64,000 bases of DNA from Rhizobium sp. Q54 (GCA_945907245.1 CAMDTB010000003.1:1457-65456); one strand, 5' to 3'. Counted from the first letter of the stretch, positions 17,847 through 30,805 are shown. Translations and numbers: made by a program. The notes: a model not told the origin generated them from the letters alone.

Positions 17847-18683
17847 ATGATGCCAGCCGCCATCAGTTTCCCCGCCTTCGACCCGATCGCACTCGACCTG
17901 GGGTTCTTCCAGATCCGGTGGTATGCCCTCGCCTATATCAGCGGTCTGCTGCTGGGCTGGTGGTACATCCTCCGGATGATCGCCGACAAATGGTGGCCCA
18001 ACGGCCCGCCGTTGAGCCGCAAGCAGGCCGAGGACCTGGTGTTCTACTGCATGCTGGGCGTGGTGTTGGGCGGCCGGCTTGGCTATGTGCTGTTCTACAA
18101 ATTCGCCGACTACGCCGCGCATCCGCTGCAGATCCTGAAGGTCTGGGAGGGCGGCATGTCGTTCCATGGGGGATTGCTGGGCGTCACCGCGGTGATCGTC
18201 ATCTATGCCCTTCGCACGAAGCGTTCCATGTTCAGCATCGGCGACCTGATCGGCTGCGCCGTGCCCATCGGCCTCGGCCTCGGCCGGATCGCGAACTTCG
18301 TGAACGCCGAGCTGTATGGCCGGGTCACGGGATCGGACTGGGGCATGATCTTCCCCGGTTCCGACGGCTTGCCGCGCCATCCCAGCCAGCTCTACGAGGC
18401 GGCGCTGGAAGGTCTGGTGCTGTTCATCGTGCTGCGCCTGCTGTTCACCCGCACCGGCCTGCGCTTCAGGCCGGGCGCGCTGTGCGGCAGCTTCTGGATC
18501 GGCTACGGGCTGTCGCGCATCGTCGTCGAATTCTTCCGCGAGCCGGACGATTTCCTGGGTTTCCTCTGGATGGGCGCCTCCATGGGCCAGCTGCTGTCGA
18601 TCCCCATGGTGCTGTTCGGCGCCTGGCTGCTCGCGCGGGCGTTGAGGCGACCGGCCGTGACTCATCATGCCCAACCGGCTTAG
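17847..18683 (+). CDS. lgt: Prolipoprotein diacylglyceryl transferase
   Basis: IRWYALAYISG, GGRLGYVLFY, WEGGMSFHGGLLG, GRIANFVNAELYGR, HPSQLYEAALEG. Confidence 0.93.
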   Translation: MMPAAISFPAFDPIALDLGFFQIRWYALAYISGLLLGWWYILRMIADKWWPNGPPLSRKQAEDLVFYCMLGVVLGGRLGYVLFYKFADYAAHPLQILKVWEGGMSFHGGLLGVTAVIVIYALRTKRSMFSIGDLIGCAVPIGLGLGRIANFVNAELYGRVTGSDWGMIFPGSDGLPRHPSQLYEAALEGLVLFIVLRLLFTRTGLRFRPGALCGSFWIGYGLSRIVVEFFREPDDFLGFLWMGASMGQLLSIPMVLFGAWLLARALRRPAVTHHAQPA

Positions 18684-19737
18684 CGCCATGCTGGTCGAGC
18701 GGATTCGCGAGACCGGGCCGCTGACCGTCGCGGACTACATGCAGGCCGCGCTGACCGATCCGGTCCACGGCTATTACGTCACCCGCGACCCGTTCGGCGC
18801 CGCCGGCGACTTCATCACCGCGCCGGAGATCAGCCAGATCTTCGGCGAGTTGATCGGGCTGTGGATCGCCGACTGCTGGGACGCCATGGGCCGCCCGCGC
18901 CGGCTGAAGATCGTCGAGCTGGGACCGGGCCGTGGCACCCTGATGGCCGACGTGCTGCGCACCCTGAGGGTGGCGCCCGCCATGCTGCCCGACCCCTGGC
19001 TGATCGAGACCAGCCCCATGCTGCGCGCGGCGCAGCGCGCGCGCATCGAGGCGCAATGGGCCGACAGCCTGGAAGACGTGCCGCCGGGCCCCATGGTGCT
19101 GATCGCCAACGAGTTCCTCGATGCCCTGCCGATCCGCCAGTTCAGCCGCACCGAGGATGGCTGGCACGAGCGGCTGGTCGCCGCCACGGCCGACGGCTCG
19201 GGGCTGGAATGGACCCTGGGCGGCACGCTGTCGCGACAGGACGCGGGCCTTCCCGTCGCGCTGGACTCCGCCGAGGCCGGCGACATCGCCGAAACCAGCC
19301 CGGCCGCGATGGCATTGGTGCATGGTGTCGCGGCACGGCTGGTCCGAGACAGCGGCGCGGCCCTATTCATCGACTACGGCACCACCACCAGCCGCCCCGG
19401 CGACAGCCTGCAGGCGGTGCGCGGCCACCAGTACCGGGACCCGCTCGACACGCCGGGCGAGACCGACCTGACGGCCCATGTGGATTTCGCCGCGCTGGCC
19501 GAGGAGGCAGTCGGTGCAGGCGCCGTGGTCCACGGCCCGACACCTCAGTCATTGTTCCTGGAGTCGCTTGGCATCTTTACGCGCGCCCAGGTGTTGAAGC
19601 GCGGCGCCACGCCGGCCCAGTCGCGCGACATCGACCTGGCGGTGCACCGGCTCACCGCGCCCGACCAGATGGGCAGCCTGTTCAAGGCCATGGCGCTGAC
19701 CGACCCATCCATGCCGCCGCCGGCGGGCTTCCCATGA
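18667..19737 (+). CDS. Class I SAM-dependent methyltransferase (DUF185/MidA/NDUFAF7-like)
   Basis: YYVTRDPFGAAGDFITAPEISQIFGELIGLW...IVELGPGRGTLMADVL...ANEFLDALP. Confidence 0.75.
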   Translation: MPNRLSAMLVERIRETGPLTVADYMQAALTDPVHGYYVTRDPFGAAGDFITAPEISQIFGELIGLWIADCWDAMGRPRRLKIVELGPGRGTLMADVLRTLRVAPAMLPDPWLIETSPMLRAAQRARIEAQWADSLEDVPPGPMVLIANEFLDALPIRQFSRTEDGWHERLVAATADGSGLEWTLGGTLSRQDAGLPVALDSAEAGDIAETSPAAMALVHGVAARLVRDSGAALFIDYGTTTSRPGDSLQAVRGHQYRDPLDTPGETDLTAHVDFAALAEEAVGAGAVVHGPTPQSLFLESLGIFTRAQVLKRGATPAQSRDIDLAVHRLTAPDQMGSLFKAMALTDPSMPPPAGFP

Positions 19738-20513
19738 TGATCCGCGCGACCGCCCTGACCGTGCCGCATGTGGTCCACGGCTTCTTCACCCGCCAGGGCG
19801 GCGTATCGACCGGCGTCTATGCCTCGCTCAACTGCGGCCCGGGCTCCGACGACGCGCCGCAGCACGTGGCCGAGAACCGCCGGCTCGCCATGGAGTTGCT
19901 GGGCATGCCCGAATCCATGCTGTGCACGGTGCACCAGGTGCATGGCGACGACGTGGTGTTCGTCACCAAGCCCTGGGCGGCCGGAAACCGCCCGAAGGCC
20001 GACGCCATGGTGACCCGCGCGCCCGGCGTCGCACTGGGCGTGCTGGCGGCCGACTGCGCGCCGGTGCTGTTCGCCGACCCCATCGCCCGCGTCGTCGGTG
20101 CCTGCCATTCGGGCTGGCAGGGCGCGTTCAAGGGCGTGGTGCAGGCGACGGTGCAGGCCATGGTCCGGCTAGGTTCGCGCCCCGCGTCGATCCGCGCCGC
20201 CATCGGTCCGTGCATCGCCCAGCCTTCCTACGAGGTCGGCCCCGAGTTCCGCGCCCGCTTCATCCTGAAGGACGATACCTTCCATCGATTTTTCATGCCG
20301 TCGTCCAGGCCCGGCCACTTCCTGTTCGATCTGCCTGGCTTCGTCGAAACCCGGTTGCGGGAGGCGGAAGTCGGCGTGATCGAACGGCTGGACCGGGACA
20401 CCTATGCCGAGGCCGACACGTTTTTCAGCTTCCGCCGGACCACCCATCGCGGCGAGCCGGACTATGGCCGTCAACTCTCCGCGATTGCCCTTGTAGGGCG
20501 CGGACCGGCCTGA
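19734..20513 (+). CDS. pgeF: Peptidoglycan editing factor PgeF (YfiH/polyphenol oxidase-like, DUF152)
   Basis: HGFFTRQGGVS...QVHGDDVV...ADAMVT...LGVLAADCAPVLF...ACHSGWQG...FFSFRR. Start overlaps the upstream stop. Hidden in the tail of ORF 18861..20513. Confidence 0.85.
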   Translation: MMIRATALTVPHVVHGFFTRQGGVSTGVYASLNCGPGSDDAPQHVAENRRLAMELLGMPESMLCTVHQVHGDDVVFVTKPWAAGNRPKADAMVTRAPGVALGVLAADCAPVLFADPIARVVGACHSGWQGAFKGVVQATVQAMVRLGSRPASIRAAIGPCIAQPSYEVGPEFRARFILKDDTFHRFFMPSSRPGHFLFDLPGFVETRLREAEVGVIERLDRDTYAEADTFFSFRRTTHRGEPDYGRQLSAIALVGRGPA

Positions 20514-20579
20514 TAGTGAATTCTCGAAGACGCCGCCAGCTGCGTCGACCACAAGAATCATGTCCTGGAGTGAGCGCCA

Positions 20580-21512
20580 ATGAAGATCGTGGCCGGGAAC
20601 AGCAATCCGACACTCTGCAAGGAGATTGCCGGGTACCTGAGCATCGCCCCCACCAAGGCCGACATCAAGCGCTTCGCCGACCAGGAGGTCTGGGTCGAGA
20701 TCCACGAGAACGTGCGCGGCCAGGACGTCTTCGTCATCCAGAGCACGTCCTATCCGGCCAATGACAATCTGATGGAGCTGCTGGTCTGCATCGACGCGCT
20801 GCACCGGGCGTCGGCACGGCGAATTACCGCGGTGCTGCCCTATTTCGGCTATGCGCGTCAGGACCGGAAGCCGGGCCCGCGCACGCCGATCTCGGCCAAG
20901 CTGGTCGCCAACCTGATCACCGTCGCCGGCGCCAACCGGGTGCTGACGATCGATCTGCATGCCGGCCAGATCCAGGGCTTCTTCGACATTCCAACCGACA
21001 ATCTCTATGCCGAGCCGGTGCTGCTGCGCGATATCCAGGAGCAGTATGACGGCGAGAACCTGATGTTCGTGTCGCCCGACGTCGGCGGCGTGCTGCGCGC
21101 CCGCCGGCTTGCCTCCCGTCTCGGCGCCGACCTGGCCATCGTCGACAAGCGGCGCGAGAAGGCCGGCGTTTCCGAGGTGATGAACATCATCGGCGACGTG
21201 GAAGGCCGCGACTGCATCCTGGTCGACGACATCGTCGATTCGGCCGGCACCCTGTGCAACGCCGCCAAGGCGCTGAAGGAGCACGGCGCCAAGTCGGTCT
21301 CGGCCTATGTGTCCCACGGGGTGCTGTCGGGCAAGGCGGTCGAGCGGGTCGCCAATTCGACGCTGAAGCAGCTGGTGATCACGGACTCCATCGCCCCCAC
21401 CGAGGCGGTGCTCGGGTGCCCGAACATCCGCATCGTCACCATCGCGCCGCTGATCGCCGAGGCGATGCGCCGCATCAACGACGAAAGCTCGGTCTCCAGT
21501 TTGTTTGATTGA
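20580..21512 (+). CDS. prs: Ribose-phosphate pyrophosphokinase
   Basis: [55 protein letters not shown]. Confidence 0.95.
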   Translation: MKIVAGNSNPTLCKEIAGYLSIAPTKADIKRFADQEVWVEIHENVRGQDVFVIQSTSYPANDNLMELLVCIDALHRASARRITAVLPYFGYARQDRKPGPRTPISAKLVANLITVAGANRVLTIDLHAGQIQGFFDIPTDNLYAEPVLLRDIQEQYDGENLMFVSPDVGGVLRARRLASRLGADLAIVDKRREKAGVSEVMNIIGDVEGRDCILVDDIVDSAGTLCNAAKALKEHGAKSVSAYVSHGVLSGKAVERVANSTLKQLVITDSIAPTEAVLGCPNIRIVTIAPLIAEAMRRINDESSVSSLFD

Positions 21513-21620
21513 GTGCTTTGTTCGATTGAGTTTGGCCGGGTTTTCCGTTAGAACCCCGCGATCTTGCGGACCCGCACCCCTGGAGGCGGGACGCTTGTGG
21601 ATTAATTGACGGAGAGTCAA

Positions 21621-22232
21621 ATGTCGGAAATCGGCACTCTGGTGGCGCAACCACGCGAGCGGGTGGGTAAGGGGTCCTCCCGTGCGGCGCGCCGCGCAGG
21701 CCTCGTCCCGGCCGTGATCTACGGTCTGGGCAAACCCCCTGTATCCATTACCCTGCCCTTCAACATCGTCAGCAACGAGCTGAAGAAGGGCCGGCTGGCG
21801 GGCCATCTCATCAATCTCGAGGTCGACGGCAAGGTCGAGCGGGTCATTCCGCGCGACATCCAGGTCGACGTGGTGATGGATTTCCCGATCCATATCGATT
21901 TCCTTCGCCTGTCGAAGGATTCCAAGATCGAAGTCGATGTGCCGGTGCACTTCCTGAACGAGGAAGCCTCGCCGGGCCTGAAGCGCGGTGGCGTATTGAA
22001 CATCGTGCATCACGAGATTCCGCTGATCTGTTCGGCTGAATCGATTCCGGAGACGATCGAGATCGACCTTACCGGTCTGGATATCGGCGACGCCATCCAC
22101 ATCGACGACATCAAGCTGCCGGAAGGCACAAGCCTGGCGACTACCGAGCGTGATTTCACCGTCGCCACCATTGCGGTGCCGTCGGCTGGCGTCGAAGACG
22201 CGGAAGTCGTTGCGGAGGGCGAGGGAGAATAA
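21621..22232 (+). CDS. rplY: 50S ribosomal protein L25/general stress protein Ctc
   Basis: [20 protein letters not shown]...RVIPRDIQVDVVMDFPIHIDFLRL, with an acidic C-terminal tail. ATG 21621 follows GGAGAG. Confidence 0.9.
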   Translation: MSEIGTLVAQPRERVGKGSSRAARRAGLVPAVIYGLGKPPVSITLPFNIVSNELKKGRLAGHLINLEVDGKVERVIPRDIQVDVVMDFPIHIDFLRLSKDSKIEVDVPVHFLNEEASPGLKRGGVLNIVHHEIPLICSAESIPETIEIDLTGLDIGDAIHIDDIKLPEGTSLATTERDFTVATIAVPSAGVEDAEVVAEGEGE

Positions 22233-22263
22233 AGGAGCGCTCGCGCTCTTCCCTCGGGAAACC

Positions 22264-22850
22264 ATGCTGCTGCTCGTCGGCCTGGGCAATCCGGGCGACC
22301 AGTACTACGACAACCGGCACAATGTCGGCTTCATGGCGGTGGACGAGATCGTCCGCCGCCATCGCTTTCCCGCTTGGCGACGCAAGTTCAAGTCCGAGAT
22401 CAGCGAAGGCCTGCTGGGCATCGTCAAGGTGCTGGCGATGAAACCGCAGACCTTCATGAACCGCTCGGGCGAAGCCGTCGCGGAGGCGCTCAACTTCTAC
22501 AAGCTCGAGCCCAGGGACGTCGTCGTGCTGCATGACGAACTGGACCTGCCGCCCGGCAGGCTGCGCATGAAGGTGGGCGGCGGCCATGCTGGCCATAACG
22601 GTCTGCGCGACATCGAGCGGCACATCGGCGCCGATTTCCGCCGCGTACGAATCGGCATCGGCCATCCCGGCGACAAGAGCCGGGTGACCGGCTACGTGCT
22701 GTCCGACTTCGCCAAGACCGACGACGTCTGGCTCGATCCGCTGATCGAGGCCATCGCCGACGCCGCGCCACATCTGGCCACCGGCCAGGACGAGAAATTC
22801 ATGACCCGGGTCGCGCTGCTGACCCAGCAAGAGCAAAAGGACGCAACCTG

Positions 22851-22851
<1 letters not shown>
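22264..22851 (+). CDS. pth: Peptidyl-tRNA hydrolase
   Basis: [24 protein letters not shown]...FMNRSGEAV...[28 protein letters not shown]. Confidence 0.93.
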
Positions 22852-23948
<1,097 letters not shown>

Positions 23949-23953
23949 GAGCC

Positions 23954-24430
23954 ATGGCCGCCGAACCCGAGATCTTTTTCGAGGACTTCTTCGACGGCCA
24001 GGAGATTTCGTTCGGCAGCGTCACCGTCGACCGCGGCGAGATCCTCGATTTCGCCCGCCGCTACGACCCGCAATCTTTCCACGTCGACGAGGAGGCCGCC
24101 GCCCGGTCGATCTATGGCGGCATCATCGCCAGCGGCTGGCATACCGGCGCCATGATGATGCGCCTGCTGTGCGACGGCCTGTTCCTGCGCGCGGCGAGCA
24201 TGGGCTCTCCCGGCCTGGACCAGCTGCGCTGGATCCGCCCGGCGCGGCCCGGCGACACGCTGACGCTGACCGGCAGGGTGCTGTCCGCCAAGGCCTCGCG
24301 CACCAAGCCGGACCGCGGTTCGGTTGACATCAGCTACAAGGTCCACAACCAGCATGGCGATCTGGCCATGACGTTCCAGGCCGTCACCATATTCGGCCGC
24401 AGGTTTCCAGGGGAGAAGAGCGATGGGTAA
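23954..24430 (+). CDS. MaoC family (R)-specific hydratase/dehydratase (hot-dog fold)
   Basis: FARRYDPQSFHVDEEAAARSIYGGIIASGWHT...PGDTLTLTGRVL. Confidence 0.8.
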   Translation: MAAEPEIFFEDFFDGQEISFGSVTVDRGEILDFARRYDPQSFHVDEEAAARSIYGGIIASGWHTGAMMMRLLCDGLFLRAASMGSPGLDQLRWIRPARPGDTLTLTGRVLSAKASRTKPDRGSVDISYKVHNQHGDLAMTFQAVTIFGRRFPGEKSDG

Positions 24431-25094
24431 AGACATCACGCTGAAGGCGATCGACGGCCACGAGTTCACCGCCTACCAGGCGCTGCCCGCGGGCGAGCGC
24501 AAGGGCGGCCTGATCCTGATCCAGGAGATCTTTGGCGTCACGGCGCATATCAAGGAACTGTGCGACCACTTCGCCGGACTGGGCTACGAGACCGTGGCGC
24601 CCGCCATCTTCGACCGCTACCAGAAGAACTTCACGACCGGCTACAGCCCGGAGGACATGCAGGCCGCCGTGAAAATGGCCGGCACATCCGGCATCGAGAC
24701 GCCCATGCTGGACATCCAGGCCACGGCCGACGACCTGAAGACCCGAGGTCCCGTCGCCATCACCGGCTTCTGTTATGGCGGCTCTCTGACCTGGGTCGCC
24801 GCCGCGCGGGTGGAAGGCCTGGCCTGCGCCGTCGGCTTCTACGGACGGTTGATCCCGGAGCATCTCGACCTGCAGCCGCTGTGCCCGGTGATGCTGCATT
24901 TCGGCTCACGCGACAAGAGCATCCCGCTCGACGGCGTCCGCGCCACGGCCGAAGCGGATCCGGCGGTGAAGGTCCACATCTACCAGGCCGAGCACGGCTT
25001 CTGGTCCGACCGCCCCGCCAACCACGACGACGCCGCCATCGCTCTGTCGCAGGAGCGGACCCTGGCATTCCTCGATCAGCACATGCAGGACTGA
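24423..25094 (+). CDS. Dienelactone hydrolase family protein
   Basis: GLILIQEIFGVTAHIKELCD...ITGFCYGGSL...HFGSRDKSIP...AEHGF. Confidence 0.85.
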   Translation: MGKDITLKAIDGHEFTAYQALPAGERKGGLILIQEIFGVTAHIKELCDHFAGLGYETVAPAIFDRYQKNFTTGYSPEDMQAAVKMAGTSGIETPMLDIQATADDLKTRGPVAITGFCYGGSLTWVAAARVEGLACAVGFYGRLIPEHLDLQPLCPVMLHFGSRDKSIPLDGVRATAEADPAVKVHIYQAEHGFWSDRPANHDDAAIALSQERTLAFLDQHMQD

Positions 25095-25391
25095 ATACGC
25101 GGTACGGGCCGCGAATCCGGGAGTCCTTTGGCAAGTTGGGCCGGCTTGACGGAAAACCGTCGGCCGTGTTTACATTTTCTGCCGTCAGATCGAAGCCTTA
25201 GAAGGCAGGCTGCATAAGTTCCGAACGGTTACCTGGGTTGCTCGCGGCAGCGTGTCTGCCGTTCGTCGCAGCCTGCCGCGTCGGCCTTGGCTAGTCTGCC
25301 ACATCGGGGCTCTGGGCAAACCTGATGCGCGGAAGCTGGCATGGCCCGCTTCCTTCCTGAACTTCGATAAGATCAATCAAGGGCACAAAGC

Positions 25392-25958
25392 ATGAAAAGC
25401 AAGGTGACATTCGTCGTCGGCAGCGCTGCAATTGCATTGCTATTGCCTCTGTCTGCCAACGCTATCGACCACCATTATGCCAAGAAGCTGGAGCGCTCGG
25501 GCTGCACCCAGGCGAGCGAGCTGCAAGGCTGCGACATCAACAAGACCAAGGAAGAGAACGCCAGGGCGGGGTTTGGCACGGCGCCGGCATCGTCCGGCAA
25601 CCACGACTACAAGAGCAAGCTGGACCGTTCGGGCTGCACCCAGGCGAGCGAGCTACAGGGCTGCGACATCAACAAGACCAAGGCCGAGAATGCGAGGGCC
25701 GGGTTTGGCGCCGCGGAAGGGACCGGCGGCTCGGATGTCTCCCAGGAGGACGCGCAATACCACAGCGGCGGCCACGCCCCCGCGGCCGCCATCCAGGCCT
25801 GCAACAAGTTCGCCGACCAGGGTTACGACGGCACCATCGTAAGCCAGAACCCGATGAAGCCCGGCTGGTGGGAAGTGGTGCTGCGATTCGAAGAATACCG
25901 CTACGTCTGTAACGTGAGCAGCAGCGGTAAAGTCGAGTCCTTCGACAAGATCAACTAA
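25392..25958 (+). CDS. Secreted hypothetical protein with two 44-aa Cys-containing repeats
   Basis: Signal peptide MKSKVTFVVGSAAIALLLPLSANA. Two copies of KL(E/D)RSGCTQASELQGCDINKTK.ENARAGFG. The C-terminal compact domain reads ...GWWEVVLRFEEYRYVCNVSSSGKVESFDKIN. Confidence 0.6.
   Translation: MKSKVTFVVGSAAIALLLPLSANAIDHHYAKKLERSGCTQASELQGCDINKTKEENARAGFGTAPASSGNHDYKSKLDRSGCTQASELQGCDINKTKAENARAGFGAAEGTGGSDVSQEDAQYHSGGHAPAAAIQACNKFADQGYDGTIVSQNPMKPGWWEVVLRFEEYRYVCNVSSSGKVESFDKIN
25485..25709 (+). repeat. Intragenic tandem duplication (two 93-nt units, 132-nt period)
   Basis: Units 25485-25577 and 25617-25709 are roughly 90 % identical at the nucleotide level by eye. Confidence 0.8.
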
Positions 25959-26078
25959 TCGACGGCACGGGCCGCCAGCGGCCCGCGCCGCTACCCCGGA
26001 TGATCGCCGACGAAGCTTGACGTCAACTGGGCGGATAACGACGCAGGCACCAACGGCGGCAATGTCACCGGGTAATTT

Positions 26079-26608
26079 TCAGTGCCCCTCGAACGCGCAC
26101 AGCGCCTTGACCGGCACGCCCAGCGCTTCCAGTTTCTTCGCACCGCCCAGTTCCGGCAGGTCGATCACGAAGCTGCAGCCGACGACTGTCGCGCCGATCC
26201 GCTGCAGCAGCTTCACCGCCGCCTCGGCGGTGCCGCCGGTGGCGATGAGGTCGTCGACGATCAGCACGCGGTGGCCTTTCACTACGGCGTCCTGGTGGAT
26301 CTCCAGCGTGTCGAAGCCGTATTCCAGGGCATAGTCCTGGCCGAAGGTCTGCCACGGCAGCTTGCCCTTCTTGCGGATCGGTACGAAGCCCACCGAGAGT
26401 TGGTGGGCCACGGCCCCGCCGAGAATGAAGCCGCGCGCGTCGATGCCCGCCACCTTGTCGATGCCGTTGCCCGCGTAGGGCTGGACCATCTCGTCGACCG
26501 CCTTGCGGAAGCCCTGCGCGTCACCCAGCAGGGTGGTGATATCGCGAAACAGGATACCCGGCTTCGGATAGTCCGGAATGGTGCGAATGCGGTCCTTGAC
26601 CCAGTCCA

Positions 26609-26612
<4 letters not shown>
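26079..26612 (-). CDS. apt: Adenine phosphoribosyltransferase
   Basis: [18 protein letters not shown]...[16 protein letters not shown]...[16 protein letters not shown]. Start overlaps the mtnP stop. Confidence 0.93.
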
Positions 26613-27496
<884 letters not shown>

Positions 27497-27516
27497 GACG
27501 TCCCCCAGAATGCCTG

Positions 27517-28170
27517 TCAGCGCGGAATCTGCTTTTCGACCTGAACCCCGACCTTGTTGTCGGGAGTCTTGCTGAACAGCAGGACGAGGTCCACGTCCTT
27601 GCCGCAGCCGCTGACGGTCCATGTCTCATAGTCGCCGTCCGCGACCTTGGGCTCATAGCCTTCGGGTGCGCCCTTGGCGGTGTCGAGCAGGCCACGGGTC
27701 TCGCAATTCTCGATCTTCACCTTCTTGACGATCAGCGGCCTGAGGTCGATGACGAGTTGCAGGTCCTGACCAGTTTCGCCCGGCGCGGCCGGCGTGACCT
27801 GAAGGCCCTTGTCGGTGGCATTGAAGATGGCGTTGAACAGCGACTGGCGGCCGCAACGGGTGACCTGGAAGCGCCCCAGCCACCGGCCGGCCTTGGGGAT
27901 GGTTGCGCCGGCATCCATCTCGATGGGCACCATGATCTTAATGGCGTAATTGCCCATCGTGTAGTTGTCCTTGCACTCGCGGCCGACGGACTTGTCCTCG
28001 CTCACGGCGACGTACGCCCTGGCCTCGGCGTGCTTCTGGCTCTTGAGGAAACCCGCGAACGGCGTATCCGGCTTGATATCCTCGGCCTTGCTGATCGGCT
28101 GTGCGGCAGCCCCCATACCAAACGTCATCAGGACGCTCGCCACGATGGCGCAAAGCTTGAGGCGTGTCAC
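27517..28170 (-). CDS. Secreted hypothetical protein
   Basis: Signal peptide MTRLKLCAIVASVLMTFGMGAAA. No recognisable motif. Sits between petC and mtnP. Confidence 0.5.
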   Translation of the reverse strand: MTRLKLCAIVASVLMTFGMGAAAQPISKAEDIKPDTPFAGFLKSQKHAEARAYVAVSEDKSVGRECKDNYTMGNYAIKIMVPIEMDAGATIPKAGRWLGRFQVTRCGRQSLFNAIFNATDKGLQVTPAAPGETGQDLQLVIDLRPLIVKKVKIENCETRGLLDTAKGAPEGYEPKVADGDYETWTVSGCGKDVDLVLLFSKTPDNKVGVQVEKQIPR

Positions 28171-28198
28171 AGTCCGGCGTCTCCTTGCGGGCCCGGCT

Positions 28199-29008
28199 CT
28201 AATGGCCGAGCACCTGCTTAGAGATGCGTTTGTAGCTCCAGAAAAGCAACCCGGTGAGGATCAGCAGGAACACGACAACCACGAAACCCATGCTCTTGCG
28301 CTGCTCGAGCTTGGGCTCGGCGGCCCAGGCCAGGAACGTCGACACGTCATAGGCCATCTGCTCGACTGTAGCGGGGGGCTGGCCTTCCGTGTAGGTGATC
28401 AGGCCATCCATCAGCGGCGGCGGCATGGCGATGACGTGACCTGCCTTATAGGGATTGAAGTGGCCGCCATCCGGAATCTTGCCGCCCGGAACGTGCTTCA
28501 GCTCTTCGGCGGTAGGCTCGCGATAGCCGGTCAGGATCGAGTAAAGGTAGGACGCTCCGCCGGGCCGCGCCTTGACCATCAGCGACAGGTCCGGCGGAAT
28601 CGCGCCGTTGTTCGACGCCGCGGCGGCTTCCGGATTGGCGAAGGTCGACGGGATGTAGTCGAACGGCTGACCCGGGCGTTCCTTGACGTCGCCGGTTTCC
28701 ATGTCCGGCTCGCCCATCACCGTGAAGCTGGCGGCGATCGCCTTGATCTCGGGCTCGCTGAAGCCGATGCCCTCGAGCTGGCGGAACGACACGAAGTTGA
28801 GCGAATGGCACGAGTGGCAGGCTTCCCTGTAGATCTGGAAGCCGCGCTGCGCCGCCTGCCGGTCGTAATGTGCGCCGATGACCTTCTCGTGCGGCCAACC
28901 CTGCTTCGGGTGCACCGGCTTCTCGCCGTTCGTCGCGGCGAAGGCCATGGAGGAGACGGCGACGCCCGCGATCAGGGCGATGCCAGCGAGGATGTTCTTG
29001 TTGTTCAT
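28199..29008 (-). CDS. petC: Cytochrome c1 of the bc1 complex
   Basis: Signal peptide, heme site CHSCHS, PPDLSL and a C-terminal membrane anchor. Confidence 0.92.
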   Translation of the reverse strand: MNNKNILAGIALIAGVAVSSMAFAATNGEKPVHPKQGWPHEKVIGAHYDRQAAQRGFQIYREACHSCHSLNFVSFRQLEGIGFSEPEIKAIAASFTVMGEPDMETGDVKERPGQPFDYIPSTFANPEAAAASNNGAIPPDLSLMVKARPGGASYLYSILTGYREPTAEELKHVPGGKIPDGGHFNPYKAGHVIAMPPPLMDGLITYTEGQPPATVEQMAYDVSTFLAWAAEPKLEQRKSMGFVVVVFLLILTGLLFWSYKRISKQVLGH

Positions 29009-29024
29009 GATGCTTCCCCCTCGC

Positions 29025-30251
29025 TCAGGCGTGTTTGGCCAGCACGGCCTGGGAGATGCTCTCAGGCAGCGGTCGCGTTTTCTCCACCTTGCTCAGGATC
29101 GGAAGCAGGATCAGGAAGTGGAAGAAGTAGTAGGCGGTCGCGATGCGGCCGACAATCAGCCAGACGCCTTCCGCCGGCTTGGCGCCAACGACACCGAGCA
29201 CGATCACGTCGATCACCAGCAGCCAGTAGAACTGCTTGAAGATCGGCCGGAACGTGCCGGACCGGACCTTGCAACGGTCGAGCCACGGCAGGGCGAACAG
29301 GATCAGGATGGCCGCGAACATGGCGACGACGCCCAGCAGCTTGTCCGGGATCGAGCGCAGGATGGCGTAGAACGGCAGGTAGTACCACTCGGGCACGATG
29401 TGCGCCGGCGTCACCAGCGGGTCGGCCTGGATGTAGTTGTCCGGATGCCCCAGCGTATTGGGCGCGAAGAAAACCATCGCGAAGAACACCAGCAACAGCA
29501 GGGACACCATGAAGGCGTCCTTGGCAGTGTGGTACGGGTGGAAGTCGATCTGGTCCTGCGGCCCCTTCACGTCGATGCCCAGCGGGTTGTTGGAACCCGG
29601 GATGTGCAGCGCCCAGATGTGCAGGATGGCCACGCCGGCGATCACGAAAGGCAGCAGGAAATGCAGGCTGAAGAACCGGTTCAGGGTCGGATTGTCGACC
29701 GAGAAGCCGCCCCACAGCAGCGTCACCAAGTCCGTGCCGATAAACGGAATGGCGCTGAACAGGTTGGTGATCACGGTGGCGCCCCAGAAGCTCATCTGGC
29801 CCCACGGCAGCACGTAGCCCATGAACGCGGTCGCCATCATCAGCAGGTAGATGACCAGACCCAGCATCCACAGCAGCTCGCGCGGCGCCTTGTACGATCC
29901 GTAGTACAGGCCGCGGAAGATGTGGATATAGACGACGATGAAGAAGAACGACGCGCCGTTAGCGTGCACGTAGCGCAGTAGCCAGCCATAGTTCACGTCG
30001 CGCATGATGTGCTCGACCGACGCGAAGGCCATCGCCGTGTGCGGCGTGTAGTGCATGGCCAGGATGATGCCGGTGATGATCTGGACGCCAAGCATGAGGG
30101 CGGCGAGCGAGCCGAAGCTCCACCAGTAATTCAGGTTCTTGGGCGTCGGATAGGAGACCAGCGCGCCGTGCAGCACGCTGAACAGCGGCAGCTGCCGGTC
30201 GAACCACTTGACGAAGCCGTTCTTCGGCTCGAAGGGGCGAGTTGAGTGCAT
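29025..30251 (-). CDS. petB: Cytochrome b
   Basis: [45 protein letters not shown]. Confidence 0.95.
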   Translation of the reverse strand: MHSTRPFEPKNGFVKWFDRQLPLFSVLHGALVSYPTPKNLNYWWSFGSLAALMLGVQIITGIILAMHYTPHTAMAFASVEHIMRDVNYGWLLRYVHANGASFFFIVVYIHIFRGLYYGSYKAPRELLWMLGLVIYLLMMATAFMGYVLPWGQMSFWGATVITNLFSAIPFIGTDLVTLLWGGFSVDNPTLNRFFSLHFLLPFVIAGVAILHIWALHIPGSNNPLGIDVKGPQDQIDFHPYHTAKDAFMVSLLLLVFFAMVFFAPNTLGHPDNYIQADPLVTPAHIVPEWYYLPFYAILRSIPDKLLGVVAMFAAILILFALPWLDRCKVRSGTFRPIFKQFYWLLVIDVIVLGVVGAKPAEGVWLIVGRIATAYYFFHFLILLPILSKVEKTRPLPESISQAVLAKHA

Positions 30252-30262
30252 TGCTTTCCCCC

Positions 30263-30805
30263 TTAGCCGATGCGGACGCGGGTATCGTTCAGGAACGTGT
30301 ATTCGGGCACCGGAAGATTGGTCGGCGCCGGTCCCTTGCGAATACGGCCCGACGTATCGTAGTCCGAACCGTGGCAGGGGCAGAACCAGCCACCGAATTC
30401 GCCCTGCTCACCGAGCGGAATGCAGCCCAGATGGGTGCAGACGCCGACCATGATCAGCCAGGCTTCGTGACCCGGCTTGGTGCGTTCCGCGTCGGTCTGG
30501 GGATCCTTCAGTTCCTTGATGTCCACAGCCTTGGCATTGGCGACCTCTTCCTCGGTCCGGTGACGGATGAACACCGGCTTGCCGCGCCACTTGACGCGGA
30601 TGCTCTGGCCGACCTGAACCTTGGAAATGTCGACCTCGACGGTCGACAGGGCCAGCACGTCAGCCGAAGGATTGAGATTGTCGACCAGCGGCCAGACCGC
30701 TGCGGCTGCGCCGACGGCGCCGAAGCCCCCGGCGGCGATGAACAGGAAATCCCTGCGCTTCACGCCTTCGCCGTGGTGCTCGCTCGTTGAATCAGTCGTG
30801 GACAT
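30263..30805 (-). CDS. petA: Ubiquinol-cytochrome c reductase Rieske iron-sulfur subunit
   Basis: Tat-like [13 protein letters not shown] and CPCHGSDYD Rieske boxes. Confidence 0.95.
   Translation of the reverse strand: MSTTDSTSEHHGEGVKRRDFLFIAAGGFGAVGAAAAVWPLVDNLNPSADVLALSTVEVDISKVQVGQSIRVKWRGKPVFIRHRTEEEVANAKAVDIKELKDPQTDAERTKPGHEAWLIMVGVCTHLGCIPLGEQGEFGGWFCPCHGSDYDTSGRIRKGPAPTNLPVPEYTFLNDTRVRIG

Noticed and set aside
21497-21535. Imperfect 17-nt tandem duplication (TTTGTTTGATTGAGTG / CTTTGTTCGATTGAGTT) across the prs stop codon
   Set aside because: It is only two imperfect copies. It most likely reflects a small slippage duplication with no obvious function.
25204-25277. Nested GC-rich inverted repeats (GGCAGGCTGC...GCAGCCTGCC) upstream of the repeat-protein gene
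   Set aside because: The alternative pairings conflict with each other. There is no U tract, no recognisable RNA-family motif and no obvious promoter. It may be fortuitous in GC-rich DNA.
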